From positions 77 to 64,076 of the forward strand of contig CAZFLL010000009.1 in assembly GCA_964519865.1 (NCBI GenBank): DNA of 64,000 bases, given 5' to 3'. Position numbers and translations under genes: made by a program. The notes under the pieces were generated by a model that saw only the letters and a program-made list of their open reading frames with translations, was not told where the DNA came from and ran no database searches. This document shows positions 9,072 to 18,022 of this stretch, piece by piece (position 1 is the first letter of the stretch; each line of letters opens with the position of its first letter). The DNA is from an uncultured Chitinophaga sp. GTDB lineage: Bacteria > Bacteroidota > Bacteroidia > Chitinophagales > Chitinophagaceae.

Positions 9072-11264
9072 TTAGTTAGATGAACCTTCTTCCTGTGCCG
9101 GAGGTCTTTGCCCTTCGCGCGGTGCCTGATCCGGTTTAGGGATCAGCACTTTGCGGGAGAGTTTAAACTTACCGGATTTAGGATCTGTACCAATCAGTTT
9201 TACCTTCATCACATCACCTTCCCGGACGATACCTTCCAGTGTTTCCAGGCGCTTCCAGCTGATTTCACTGATATGCACCAGTCCCTGCTTACCCGGTAAA
9301 AATTCCACAAATGCGCCAAAGGGCATGATGGATTTAACCGTGGCTTCGTAGGTATCACCAACCTGGGGAACCGCAACAATACCTTTGATCCAGGATACCG
9401 CTTTCTCCACTCCGTCCTTGCTGGTACTGAAGATGCTGATCTCGCCTCTTCCGTTTACTTCTTCCAGGTTAATGGTAGTTCCGGTTTCACGCTGGATTTC
9501 CTGTATTACTTTACCACCGGGCCCGATCACAGCACCGATGAATTCCTTATCAATAAACAGTTTCACCATTCTCGGTGCATGTGGTTTCACTTCAGCCCTG
9601 GCAGCAGGGATGGTGTTATACATGGCATCGAGTATATGTAAACGGCCTCTTTTTGCCTGGTCGAGTGCTTGCTGCATCACTTCCATTTTAAGACCATCCA
9701 CTTTGATATCCATCTGTACACCGCAGATACCATCACGGGTACCGGTTACTTTAAAGTCCATATCACCCAGGTGGTCTTCATCACCCAGGATATCGGTCAG
9801 GATGGCAAATTTGTCTGCTTTGGTGATCAGCCCCATGGCCACACCGGATACGTGTTTCGGAATACCGATACCTGCATCCATCAGTGCCAGTGAACCGGCG
9901 CAGACAGTAGCCATAGATGAAGATCCGTTTGACTCCAGGATATCACTGACCACGCGTACGGTGTAAGGGAAATCACCGGTGGGCATCATTTGCTTTAATG
10001 AACGCTGGGCCAGGTTACCATGTCCCACTTCCCGACGACTCTGACCGCGCATCATTTTGATTTCACCGGTAGAGAAAGGAGGGAAATTATAATGCAGGTA
10101 GAATTTGGAATCCACTGATTTGGCAGCGCTTTCAACCAGTAATTCATCTAAAGGAGTACCTAAAGTAACTGTTGTAAGTGACTGTGTTTCACCACGGGTA
10201 AAAAGTGCTGCTCCATGGGGAGAAGGGAGTACATCCACTTCCATATCCAGGGGACGAACAGTCTCGAGGTCACGCCCATCCAGCCGTACCCTTTCATTCA
10301 GGATCATATCCCTGATCACATCATACTGCAGGTCGTGGTAATAGGTTGAGGCCAGTTTCTTAGTCAGATCCGGCAGGCTCTCGCCTTCAGCCAGGTTGGC
10401 TTCTTTTTTCAGGTATTCTATCAGCTCCACTTTGATTGCATCAAAACGGTCGGTACGTTCATGTTTGCTGAGTCCGCCTTTGGCTACTTCATATACTTTT
10501 TGCTGTGCAAATTCGTATACTTTGGTTTTCAGGGCTTCATCTGTAGCGGGTTTGGTATACTCTCTTTTTGGTTTTGCACCGGCCATGTCACGCAGTTCTT
10601 CCTGGGCTTTCACCTGGATACGGATGGCATCATGTGCAATTTCAAGTGCTTTACAAAGATCAGCTTCACTGCATTCTTTGGCTTCCCCTTCCACCATCAT
10701 CAGGTTCTTATCAGTGGCGGCGATCAGGAAATCCATGTCCGACTTTTCCATTTCACTGCGGGTGGGGTTTACCACAAACTGACCATTGATACGGGAAACC
10801 CGTACTTCAGAAATAATTTCCTTGATAGGTACATCAGAAACAGCCAGGGCTGCAGAAGCAGCGAGACAGGCCATTGAATCAGGCATGATCTCCGGGTCAC
10901 TGGAGATCAGGGTCACCAGGACCTGTACTTCACATAAATAATCTTCCGGGAAAAGCGGACGCAGGGCGCGGTCGATCAGGCGGCTGGTCAGCACTTCATA
11001 GTCATTCAGTTTTGCTTCTCTTTTGAAGAAGGAACCGGGTATACGTCCGGCAGCAGCAAATTTTTCCTGGTAGTCTACAGACAGCGGGAAAAAACTCTGT
11101 CCTTCTTTCGGTTCTTTATTGGCACAAACAGTGGCCAGGATCATACAGTTGCCCATGGACACGGTCACGGCTCCATCGGCCTGGCGGGCCAGGCGGCCGG
11201 TTTCAATCGTTACTTCGCGGCCACCGCCAATATCGAAGGTTTTACGAATCTTTTGTTGTAACAT
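9072..11264 (-). CDS. pnp: Polyribonucleotide nucleotidyltransferase (ATG at 11264 preferred)
   Basis: Two RNase PH domains, RREVGHG, ESNGSSSMA, DHLGDMDFKV, KH (IGPGGK) and S1 domains. Confidence 0.99.
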   Translation of the reverse strand: MLQQKIRKTFDIGGGREVTIETGRLARQADGAVTVSMGNCMILATVCANKEPKEGQSFFPLSVDYQEKFAAAGRIPGSFFKREAKLNDYEVLTSRLIDRALRPLFPEDYLCEVQVLVTLISSDPEIMPDSMACLAASAALAVSDVPIKEIISEVRVSRINGQFVVNPTRSEMEKSDMDFLIAATDKNLMMVEGEAKECSEADLCKALEIAHDAIRIQVKAQEELRDMAGAKPKREYTKPATDEALKTKVYEFAQQKVYEVAKGGLSKHERTDRFDAIKVELIEYLKKEANLAEGESLPDLTKKLASTYYHDLQYDVIRDMILNERVRLDGRDLETVRPLDMEVDVLPSPHGAALFTRGETQSLTTVTLGTPLDELLVESAAKSVDSKFYLHYNFPPFSTGEIKMMRGQSRREVGHGNLAQRSLKQMMPTGDFPYTVRVVSDILESNGSSSMATVCAGSLALMDAGIGIPKHVSGVAMGLITKADKFAILTDILGDEDHLGDMDFKVTGTRDGICGVQMDIKVDGLKMEVMQQALDQAKRGRLHILDAMYNTIPAARAEVKPHAPRMVKLFIDKEFIGAVIGPGGKVIQEIQRETGTTINLEEVNGRGEISIFSTSKDGVEKAVSWIKGIVAVPQVGDTYEATVKSIMPFGAFVEFLPGKQGLVHISEISWKRLETLEGIVREGDVMKVKLIGTDPKSGKFKLSRKVLIPKPDQAPREGQRPPAQEEGSSN

Positions 11265-11409
11265 TTTTTTCAATTTTAGGGCGTTGCACCCTGTGAAGAA
11301 TTTGAGCAGGATCAGACTAAACTGTTATACTGGCTGACCATTCATGTCTCCGGCTGAATCCCCGGGATCCACCCGAATACCACTAAAAATGGAAGGGTAT
11401 AAAAACAGT

Positions 11410-11440
11410 TATTCCCAACATCCGGAAGACATTGGGAATA
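11410..11440 (-). terminator. Stem-loop between rpsO and pnp (possible terminator or processing site)
   Basis: tattcccaa...ttgggaata inverted repeat followed by actgttttt on the minus strand. Confidence 0.55.
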
Positions 11441-11528
11441 GTATTATAAAACTTGCTTTTCTTTCAGAAAGAAAACTTCAGGTTTAAAGACTCTTCCCAA
11501 GTCCCTTAAGGGAGTCAGGGGACAGGCC

Positions 11529-11798
11529 TTATTTCCTGATACCAAGTTTCTCAATCAGCTGGCGGTAACCAGTCAGGTTTTGTTTCTGCAGGTAATTCAG
11601 TAAACGTTTACGTTTACCAACCAGCTGCATCAGACCGCGGTGAGTAGAGAAATCTTTTTTGTTTTGCTGGAGATGTCCACTGATCTGGCTGATACGTTCA
11701 GTCAGGAGGGCGATTTGACCTTCAATGGATCCGGTGTTCTTGGCAGAACCCGCAAAGGTGGTTAAAACGGTAGCTTTTTTTTCTTTAGTTAAAGGCAT
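11529..11798 (-). CDS. rpsO: 30S ribosomal protein S15
   Basis: TGSIEGQIALLT, KKDFSTHRGL, LVGKRKRLLNYL, LGIRK. Confidence 0.99.
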   Translation of the reverse strand: MPLTKEKKATVLTTFAGSAKNTGSIEGQIALLTERISQISGHLQQNKKDFSTHRGLMQLVGKRKRLLNYLQKQNLTGYRQLIEKLGIRK

Positions 11799-11847
11799 CT
11801 TTTTAATTTTTAAATTTCATCCGATTTTGCATCTTGTATTAAGGCGG

Positions 11848-11855
11848 CAAAGGTA
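11848..11855 (-). promoter_or_regulatory. -7 promoter element (rpsO)
   Basis: TACCTTTG. Confidence 0.75.
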
Positions 11856-11943
11856 AGACTGATTCTGCGAACAGCAAAGGGTTTCCCCGCCTTTTTTTAC
11901 CCTCGTTTTTCCCTCCCTCCCTCCTGATTATCAGCCTATAACT

Positions 11944-11951
11944 TACTTTTG
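11944..11951 (+). promoter_or_regulatory. -7 promoter element (miaE)
   Basis: TACTTTTG five nt before the ATG. Confidence 0.7.
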
Positions 11952-11956
11952 CCCCC

Positions 11957-12568
11957 ATGGAAGAATTATCCCAGGACACCCGTAACATTCTGGGGCTTCA
12001 ATTACCCACCGATCCGCGTTGGGTCAACCTGGCTGAAAAATCGCTGGAAGAAGTCCTGACCGACCACGCTTACTGTGAACAGAAAGCCGCCACTTCCTGT
12101 ATTTCACTCATTCAACGATACAGCAGCCGGGAAAAACTGGTAGCTGAACTCTCCCCGATCGTTACGGAAGAGTGGGGTCATTTCAGGATGGTACTGTCCG
12201 AACTGAAGAAAAGAGACCTGAAACTGGGCAAACAGCGAAAAGATGAATATGTGAATGCCCTGATCAGTTTCCAGCAGAAAGGCGGGGACAGTGAGGGCCG
12301 GATGCTGGATCAGTTACTCACCATGGCCCTGATTGAAGCCCGGAGCTGTGAACGGTTTAAACGGCTCAGTGAAGGGTTAAGCGATCCGTATATGCAGAAA
12401 TTCTATCGCCGGTTTATGGAAAGCGAGGCCGGTCATTATACCCTGTTTATCGAATTGGCGGAAACCTATATCAGCAGGGAAAGAGTCCGGAACCGCTGGA
12501 AAGAATGGCTGGACTATGAAGCGGCCGTCATGCAATCGATCGATATCCGTGGCGACCGGATTCACTGA
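11957..12568 (+). CDS. miaE: tRNA-(ms2io6A) hydroxylase
   Basis: DHAYCEQKAA, EEWGHF, IEARSCERF, SEAGHY di-iron carboxylate motifs. Confidence 0.95.
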   Translation: MEELSQDTRNILGLQLPTDPRWVNLAEKSLEEVLTDHAYCEQKAATSCISLIQRYSSREKLVAELSPIVTEEWGHFRMVLSELKKRDLKLGKQRKDEYVNALISFQQKGGDSEGRMLDQLLTMALIEARSCERFKRLSEGLSDPYMQKFYRRFMESEAGHYTLFIELAETYISRERVRNRWKEWLDYEAAVMQSIDIRGDRIH

Positions 12569-12650
12569 GTCAGTTCCGGTACCACCCTTAATTTACCGCA
12601 ATCGTTTGTAGTTAATTTGAAAGCTGTGATGAATTAATTTCATCCTGAAT

Positions 12651-13718
12651 ATGTATGCACAATCCTGCCAGGAAGCAGTAAACGCTTTTGCCTCACCCGG
12701 TCAACAGTTCAGGGTGGAACCAGTTACAGGCGGGCTGATCAATCATTCTTTCAAAATCACTGATCCGCTCACGGGGCAGGCTTTTCTCCTGCAGCAAATC
12801 AACCAGCAGGTATTCCCTGCCCCGGAAAAGATCCAGGAAAATTACCTGTTACTCCAGCAATACATCCGGGAACAGCAGATTCCTTTTTTTATCCCGGAAC
12901 TGATTTTATTTCCGGGTAACCGGTCCTTGTATACAGATGGGCAGCAACAATGCTGGCGGATTTTTTCCTTTATTGAAAAAACAAGGATGGTCTCCTGTAC
13001 CGGGAACAGGCAGCAGGCATCCGATGTGGCAGAAACCTTTGCCCGGCTGACTGCCACTTTCCATAAAATGGATTGTCGTAAACTTCATATCACGATTCCC
13101 GGATTTCATCATGTTCGCAACCGGTATACGCAGTTTACTGCTGCTCTTCAAAAGGCCGGTCCTGAACGGGCTGAAAAATCAGCTGAACTCATACAGGGCT
13201 TAATCAACCGGGAAAGGTATGCCCGGTTGTTTGACCATTTCACGGGTTCGCCCGATTTCCCTTTCCGGGTGATGCACCATGATGCGAAAATCAGTAATGT
13301 ATTGTTTGATGACTCAACCGGAAAAGTGGTTTGCCCGGTTGATTTTGATACCGTGATGCCCGGCTATTTCTTTTCTGATCTCGGTGACATGATCCGTTCC
13401 ATGGCCGGTTCGGCTGACGAAAACAGTACCCGGTATGAGGAACTGGTGATCAGACCGGAGATCTATGAGGCCATAATTTCGGGCTATACCCGGGGTATGA
13501 ACGATTTCCTGACCAGGGCTGAACAGAACTATTTACATGCTTCCGGATTGCTGCTGATCTATATGCAGGCCCTGCGTTTCCTGGCCGATTACCTGCAGGA
13601 TGATATTTATTACCGGATCAGTTACCCCGGTCAGAACTATGACCGGGCCAAAAACCAGTTTGTTTTATTAAACAGACTTGAGGAATTCCTGGCAGATACC
13701 TATAAATTTACATGCTGA
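12651..13718 (+). CDS. APH/choline-kinase-fold phosphotransferase, N-acetylhexosamine 1-kinase-like
   Basis: GLINHSF, LQQIN, RVMHHDAKISNVLFD, VDFDTVMPG, DLGDMIRS, QALRFLADYL. Confidence 0.85.
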   Translation: MYAQSCQEAVNAFASPGQQFRVEPVTGGLINHSFKITDPLTGQAFLLQQINQQVFPAPEKIQENYLLLQQYIREQQIPFFIPELILFPGNRSLYTDGQQQCWRIFSFIEKTRMVSCTGNRQQASDVAETFARLTATFHKMDCRKLHITIPGFHHVRNRYTQFTAALQKAGPERAEKSAELIQGLINRERYARLFDHFTGSPDFPFRVMHHDAKISNVLFDDSTGKVVCPVDFDTVMPGYFFSDLGDMIRSMAGSADENSTRYEELVIRPEIYEAIISGYTRGMNDFLTRAEQNYLHASGLLLIYMQALRFLADYLQDDIYYRISYPGQNYDRAKNQFVLLNRLEEFLADTYKFTC

Positions 13719-13756
13719 TCTTCCGCACCGGATCAACGAACCTCATAATTTAGCGT

Positions 13757-14806
13757 ATGCCACTACAAAAAGCATTTTGCTTCTCCTCCGCTTCGGGCCA
13801 GGATGTATTCCTGTTTACACTCCGTAATGCAGCAGGTACAGAAGCCCGGATCACCAATTACGGCGGTATCATCACATCCTTCTCTGTTCCGGCAGCTGAC
13901 GGGCTTCGCAATGACATTGTGCTGGGCTTTGATAAAGTGGAAGACTACCTGTCCCCCTCCTACCTCGAACACTATCCGTATTTTGGGTGTGTGGTGGGCC
14001 GCTCCGCCAACCGGATCAAAGACGCCGCCTTTGAAATTGATGGAAAGAATTACCAGGTAACTGCCAATTTCGGGAAGAACCAGTTACATGGCGGTAAAGA
14101 AGGGTTTGATAAAAAAATCTGGTCAGTGACCGGTTATGGTGAATTTCCCAACCCCTGGGTGGAACTGAAATATTCAAGCCCTGATGGTGAAGAGGGTTTC
14201 CCGGGTAACCTGGATGTATGGATCCGGTATGAACTCACCGAAGAAAATGAACTGAGCTATACATTTACGGCCACTACTGATAAAACCACGGTTGTCAACC
14301 TCACCCACCATGGGTATTTCAATCTCAACAACGGGCAGGGTGATATAAAAGAATATGAACTGAAAATCTACGGATCCCAGGTGCTGGAACAGGATGAAGA
14401 ACTCTGTACAAATGGCCAAGTACTATCCGTAAAAGATACAGTGTTTGATTTCCGGAGTTTTATAAAAATCGGTGACCGTCTTCAGCAGGTGCCGGAATTT
14501 GACAAGAGCTATGTAGTGGATAAAAATAATGACCCTGCCGGCCTGGCCCTGATGGCCGAAGCCCGTTGCGCGGCCTCACAACTCCTGCTGCAGGTCTATG
14601 CCACAGATCCGGTTGTCCATTTTTATACCGGTAAATGGATTCCTGAAATGACCGGGAAGAACAATACACACTATGGCGCTTTCTCCGGCTTTTGCCTGGA
14701 AACCCAGATCCATCCCAATGCCGTGAATATTCCCCATTTCCCGTCGATGGTTTTAAGACCCGGGGAAGAGTACAAGAGTAAGACCGTTTATAAGTTGATT
14801 GGATGA
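13757..14806 (+). CDS. galM: Aldose 1-epimerase (mutarotase)
   Basis: GRSANRI, LHGG, EEGFPG, NLTHHGYFNL, FYTG, GFCLETQ. Confidence 0.95.
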   Translation: MPLQKAFCFSSASGQDVFLFTLRNAAGTEARITNYGGIITSFSVPAADGLRNDIVLGFDKVEDYLSPSYLEHYPYFGCVVGRSANRIKDAAFEIDGKNYQVTANFGKNQLHGGKEGFDKKIWSVTGYGEFPNPWVELKYSSPDGEEGFPGNLDVWIRYELTEENELSYTFTATTDKTTVVNLTHHGYFNLNNGQGDIKEYELKIYGSQVLEQDEELCTNGQVLSVKDTVFDFRSFIKIGDRLQQVPEFDKSYVVDKNNDPAGLALMAEARCAASQLLLQVYATDPVVHFYTGKWIPEMTGKNNTHYGAFSGFCLETQIHPNAVNIPHFPSMVLRPGEEYKSKTVYKLIG

Positions 14807-14808
14807 GC

Positions 14809-14880
14809 GTTGAGAGTTTGGGGTTGAGGGAGTTTGAAAGAGGAAGAGGTTGAAAGAAGGGTTTAGAAGGCCTGCCTGCC
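14809..14880. repeat. C-free TTGAGAG/TTGAAAG-type tract after the galM stop, ending in the half-palindrome CCTGCCTGCC (14871-14880)
   Basis: Shares ttgagagtttgg and agaagggtttaga with the reverse complement of 8166-8220. Confidence 0.75.
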
Positions 14881-14895
14881 AGCTGCTGCCTTTTT

Positions 14896-15900
14896 TTACA
14901 TTCCTGTCCCGAAAAAATCCATTTCTTCCTGCAGATTCAGGAACGGGTATTTCTCCATCAGTGTTTTCGTTTTTTCAAGATGATCCGCTAAAAATTTGCG
15001 GTGGGCATTGGTATCCGGCTGAAAGGCTTTATGCCTGCGGGCAATAATTATTTTTTTTACTTCCTGCATCAGCAAACGGGATGCTTCATCAATACAACTG
15101 CCGGCAAATTTTTCCAATACAAATTCCGTAGCCGGATAATTGGGATGAACCAGGTCGATATCATAAAAACGGTAATCACGCAACACATCAATCACCAGTT
15201 CATAGGCCGGGAAATAATGGATAGAATCCGTATAAGAACAAAGCCGGTGCACCGCTTCAATCAGCCGGGCTTTGCTCCGGTTATTCTCCACCACCCCATC
15301 CCGGATATGCCGCACCGGGCTAATGGTGAAAATGATCCGGAGCCCAGTGTTAAATTTCCTGAGCCGGCTGATCGTTGTATCCAGCAAGGAATTGATCTCC
15401 CCGATCTCCAGCATTTCTTTATTGAACCAGCTGGCCGGGGCCCGGTGACAATTCGCCACCCCGCTGTTTATTTCAGCAGAAGCCAGGCTGGCCCCTGCTG
15501 TCAGCCGGTAAGTGTATGAAGAACCCAGGGTGATTATCAGCCAATCTGCTTTTTTTAAGAAATCATGTGCTCCTTGTCTTGCTGTATTCATTCTTTGAAG
15601 CACTTCCGTAATATCTGTTCCCGAAAAACGGGAATGATGCATCCAGCTATGCCAGACTTCATTTAACTGAAATAAGTCATTCTCCCTGAGATCCCTGTTT
15701 TCCATATACCAGTCCAGGCTCCGGCACACACTATCCGGCCCGAATAAAATACCGTTGGGGTTTTGCAGCATTTTGAATTTCAGTTCGCCGAGTGCATGGC
15801 CGATATGTTCTGTAAAACAGGAGCCGATCAGCATTAACTTATCTGTGTACCTGATTGGTTCCGGGATTTTTTTCAACTCGATATCCAGCATGAAATCCAT
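14896..15900 (-). CDS. GSCFA domain protein (SGNH-like)
   Basis: IGSCFTE, ITLGS, TISPVRH, SKARL, YFPAYE, DVLRDYRFY, HP. Confidence 0.93.
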   Translation of the reverse strand: MDFMLDIELKKIPEPIRYTDKLMLIGSCFTEHIGHALGELKFKMLQNPNGILFGPDSVCRSLDWYMENRDLRENDLFQLNEVWHSWMHHSRFSGTDITEVLQRMNTARQGAHDFLKKADWLIITLGSSYTYRLTAGASLASAEINSGVANCHRAPASWFNKEMLEIGEINSLLDTTISRLRKFNTGLRIIFTISPVRHIRDGVVENNRSKARLIEAVHRLCSYTDSIHYFPAYELVIDVLRDYRFYDIDLVHPNYPATEFVLEKFAGSCIDEASRLLMQEVKKIIIARRHKAFQPDTNAHRKFLADHLEKTKTLMEKYPFLNLQEEMDFFGTGM

Positions 15901-15902
15901 CG

Positions 15903-16766
15903 TCAGTGTTTAAAAAGTTCAACGGCCATTTGAATACTTCGTTCCAGTTTATCTGTATCCATGGGCGGTAATAAATTTCTTTCCCGGAAATAAGCGATCA
16001 TCCGTTCACTGTCCATATTTCCTACCAGGTCATCATTGGCCATCGGGCAGCCCCCGATGCCTTTGAGAGCGCCGTCAAAACGTTTGCAGCCTGCTTTTAC
16101 AGCGGCATCCAGTTTTTCCTGCCAGTTTTGCGGAGTGGAATGCAGGTGCACCCCGATCTCAGTGCCGGGAAGCAATTCAACCAGGTAACGGGTCATGGAA
16201 TAGACCTGGGCGGGTGTGGCCAGTCCAACCGTATCGGCCAGTGAAATAATTCCGATATCCATACCTACCAGCCGGTTTACCCATTCAAAAACCTGTTCTT
16301 CATCATACGGATCACCATACGGGTTACCAAACCCCATGGAAATATAGATCACCAGTTCTTTCCCGGTCTTTACACAGAGCTCCTGTATTTCTTCTACCCG
16401 GATCAGTGATTCAGCGATTGAACTATTGGTATTGCGCTGCTGAAAAGTTTCGGATACTGAAAAAGGGAAACCCAGGTAACTGATCTGGTCATAGGCCACC
16501 GCTTCTTGTGCCCCCCGCAGGTTGGCCACAATGGCCAGCAGACGGGTGCTGGTTTGGGAAAGATCCAGCAGCTGCAGTACTTCCCGGGTATCCGCCATTT
16601 GTGGAATGGCTTTGGGGGAAACAAAACTGCCAAAATCAATACTGTCGAAACCGGCCTGTAATAGCAGGTTGATATACGCCGCTTTCTGCACCGCCGGAAT
16701 GGGTGTTTTCCAGCCCTGCATGGCGTCACGCGGACATTCAATCAGTTTTATAAAATTCGGGGGCAT
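15903..16766 (-). CDS. Hydroxymethylglutaryl-CoA lyase family (start MPPNF)
   Basis: ECPRDAMQG, GSFVSPKAIPQMAD, LADTVG, HLH, GIGGCPMA, GNM. Confidence 0.93.
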   Translation of the reverse strand: MPPNFIKLIECPRDAMQGWKTPIPAVQKAAYINLLLQAGFDSIDFGSFVSPKAIPQMADTREVLQLLDLSQTSTRLLAIVANLRGAQEAVAYDQISYLGFPFSVSETFQQRNTNSSIAESLIRVEEIQELCVKTGKELVIYISMGFGNPYGDPYDEEQVFEWVNRLVGMDIGIISLADTVGLATPAQVYSMTRYLVELLPGTEIGVHLHSTPQNWQEKLDAAVKAGCKRFDGALKGIGGCPMANDDLVGNMDSERMIAYFRERNLLPPMDTDKLERSIQMAVELFKH

Positions 16767-16791
16767 ATGCGAAGTTAAGGTCGCCGGCCTA

Positions 16792-17784
16792 TTACTTCGA
16801 CAGGCTGTGTACCTTATCCCGGAGTGCATTGAAAAAGCGGTTCCGGTCTTTCTCGCCGGTTTTGCTGATCAGCGTGGACCGGCTCAGCAGTGTATTGAAC
16901 GATTCCATGACTTTATCCCGGAAACGGGTATCCCTGGTAAATAAATAATGGAAAACGCTGTAGGTAACCATGGTCAGGCTGTTGCTATCCAGGTATATCA
17001 CCATATTGTTACTGCCCAGGATGATTTCATTCACATAAAACTGGATCGGTGCCCGGTAAGCTACTTCACTGGCACCCGGTAAAAACTTAACTCCTTTTTC
17101 TGCCTGCAGATCCAGGTGATCGATCATTTGCTGAAAGGATTCCAGGACCCGGTCATATTCTTTTTTTGAACTGAAATTGCCGGCTTCTTTATAATATACA
17201 AGCTGGTTGATCGTACTCTGCAGACTTTCCAGGTTCCAGAGTTCCACACAAGGTATCCGGTTGAATTCATCCAGGACTTTCTGCCCGAGCTGAAAACATT
17301 CGTGATAAGGGAATTCTTCGTAGGAGAAACTTTTATTCCGGAGTTTTTCCTGGTTATTGATGGTTTTGGACCAGAAAAAGGTTTTAAAGGCAGCCATTTC
17401 AGGGAACAGGAAAAAATTCCAGATAGTGGATTCCTTGCAGAGATAATACATCTCTCTTTTTTCAAATGAATTGAAATAATGGAACTGCCGGAGCATTCCT
17501 TTCAGGTAATCCTCAAATTCAGGGGATGATCCGTTTAAACCGGGAGCATCAAACAAAATGGAATCAGTCTCTAACTGGAGCAGTTTATCGAGTGACAACC
17601 GGTATTTCTCACAAATGATCTTTAATTCAGTCAGGGTAATAGGTTTCTCTCCCCTGATGCGGCGGTACACACTATCAGTACTCAGGTTCAGTAATTCACA
17701 TAACTCATCCACCAGGGAAAGATGAACCGGAAGGTTCTCTTTAAGATGCTGAAACAATTGTTGTTGCAGTTCTATGGTTTCCAT
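16792..17784 (-). CDS. BetR-type helix-turn-helix regulator with large C-terminal domain (start METIEL)
   Basis: LVDELCELLNLSTDSVYRRIRGEKPITLTELKIICEKYRLSLD HTH. Confidence 0.85.
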   Translation of the reverse strand: METIELQQQLFQHLKENLPVHLSLVDELCELLNLSTDSVYRRIRGEKPITLTELKIICEKYRLSLDKLLQLETDSILFDAPGLNGSSPEFEDYLKGMLRQFHYFNSFEKREMYYLCKESTIWNFFLFPEMAAFKTFFWSKTINNQEKLRNKSFSYEEFPYHECFQLGQKVLDEFNRIPCVELWNLESLQSTINQLVYYKEAGNFSSKKEYDRVLESFQQMIDHLDLQAEKGVKFLPGASEVAYRAPIQFYVNEIILGSNNMVIYLDSNSLTMVTYSVFHYLFTRDTRFRDKVMESFNTLLSRSTLISKTGEKDRNRFFNALRDKVHSLSK

Positions 17785-18022
17785 TACAAAAGAAATATAC
17801 GGAAAATCCGTAATAACTAATCTGAGATTACGGATATCTGCAACAAAAATACCGGGCAGGCAGCCCGTTACGGATTTCACTATTCCTTTTTTCCAGGAAT
17901 TTCTAATCCCTCTTGAATCCTGCTTTTTCCCCGGGGAAGTCCGCTGAAACCAATTAGCAATGCCCTCATTCGTAGCTGACATTTATAGTACAAACCATTG
18001 CGCAACCATTCAACCCACTACA

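Noticed and set aside
12651-13718. Aminoglycoside resistance gene
   Set aside because: The motifs fit the sugar-kinase branch of the APH fold, it neighbours galM, and there is no mobile context.
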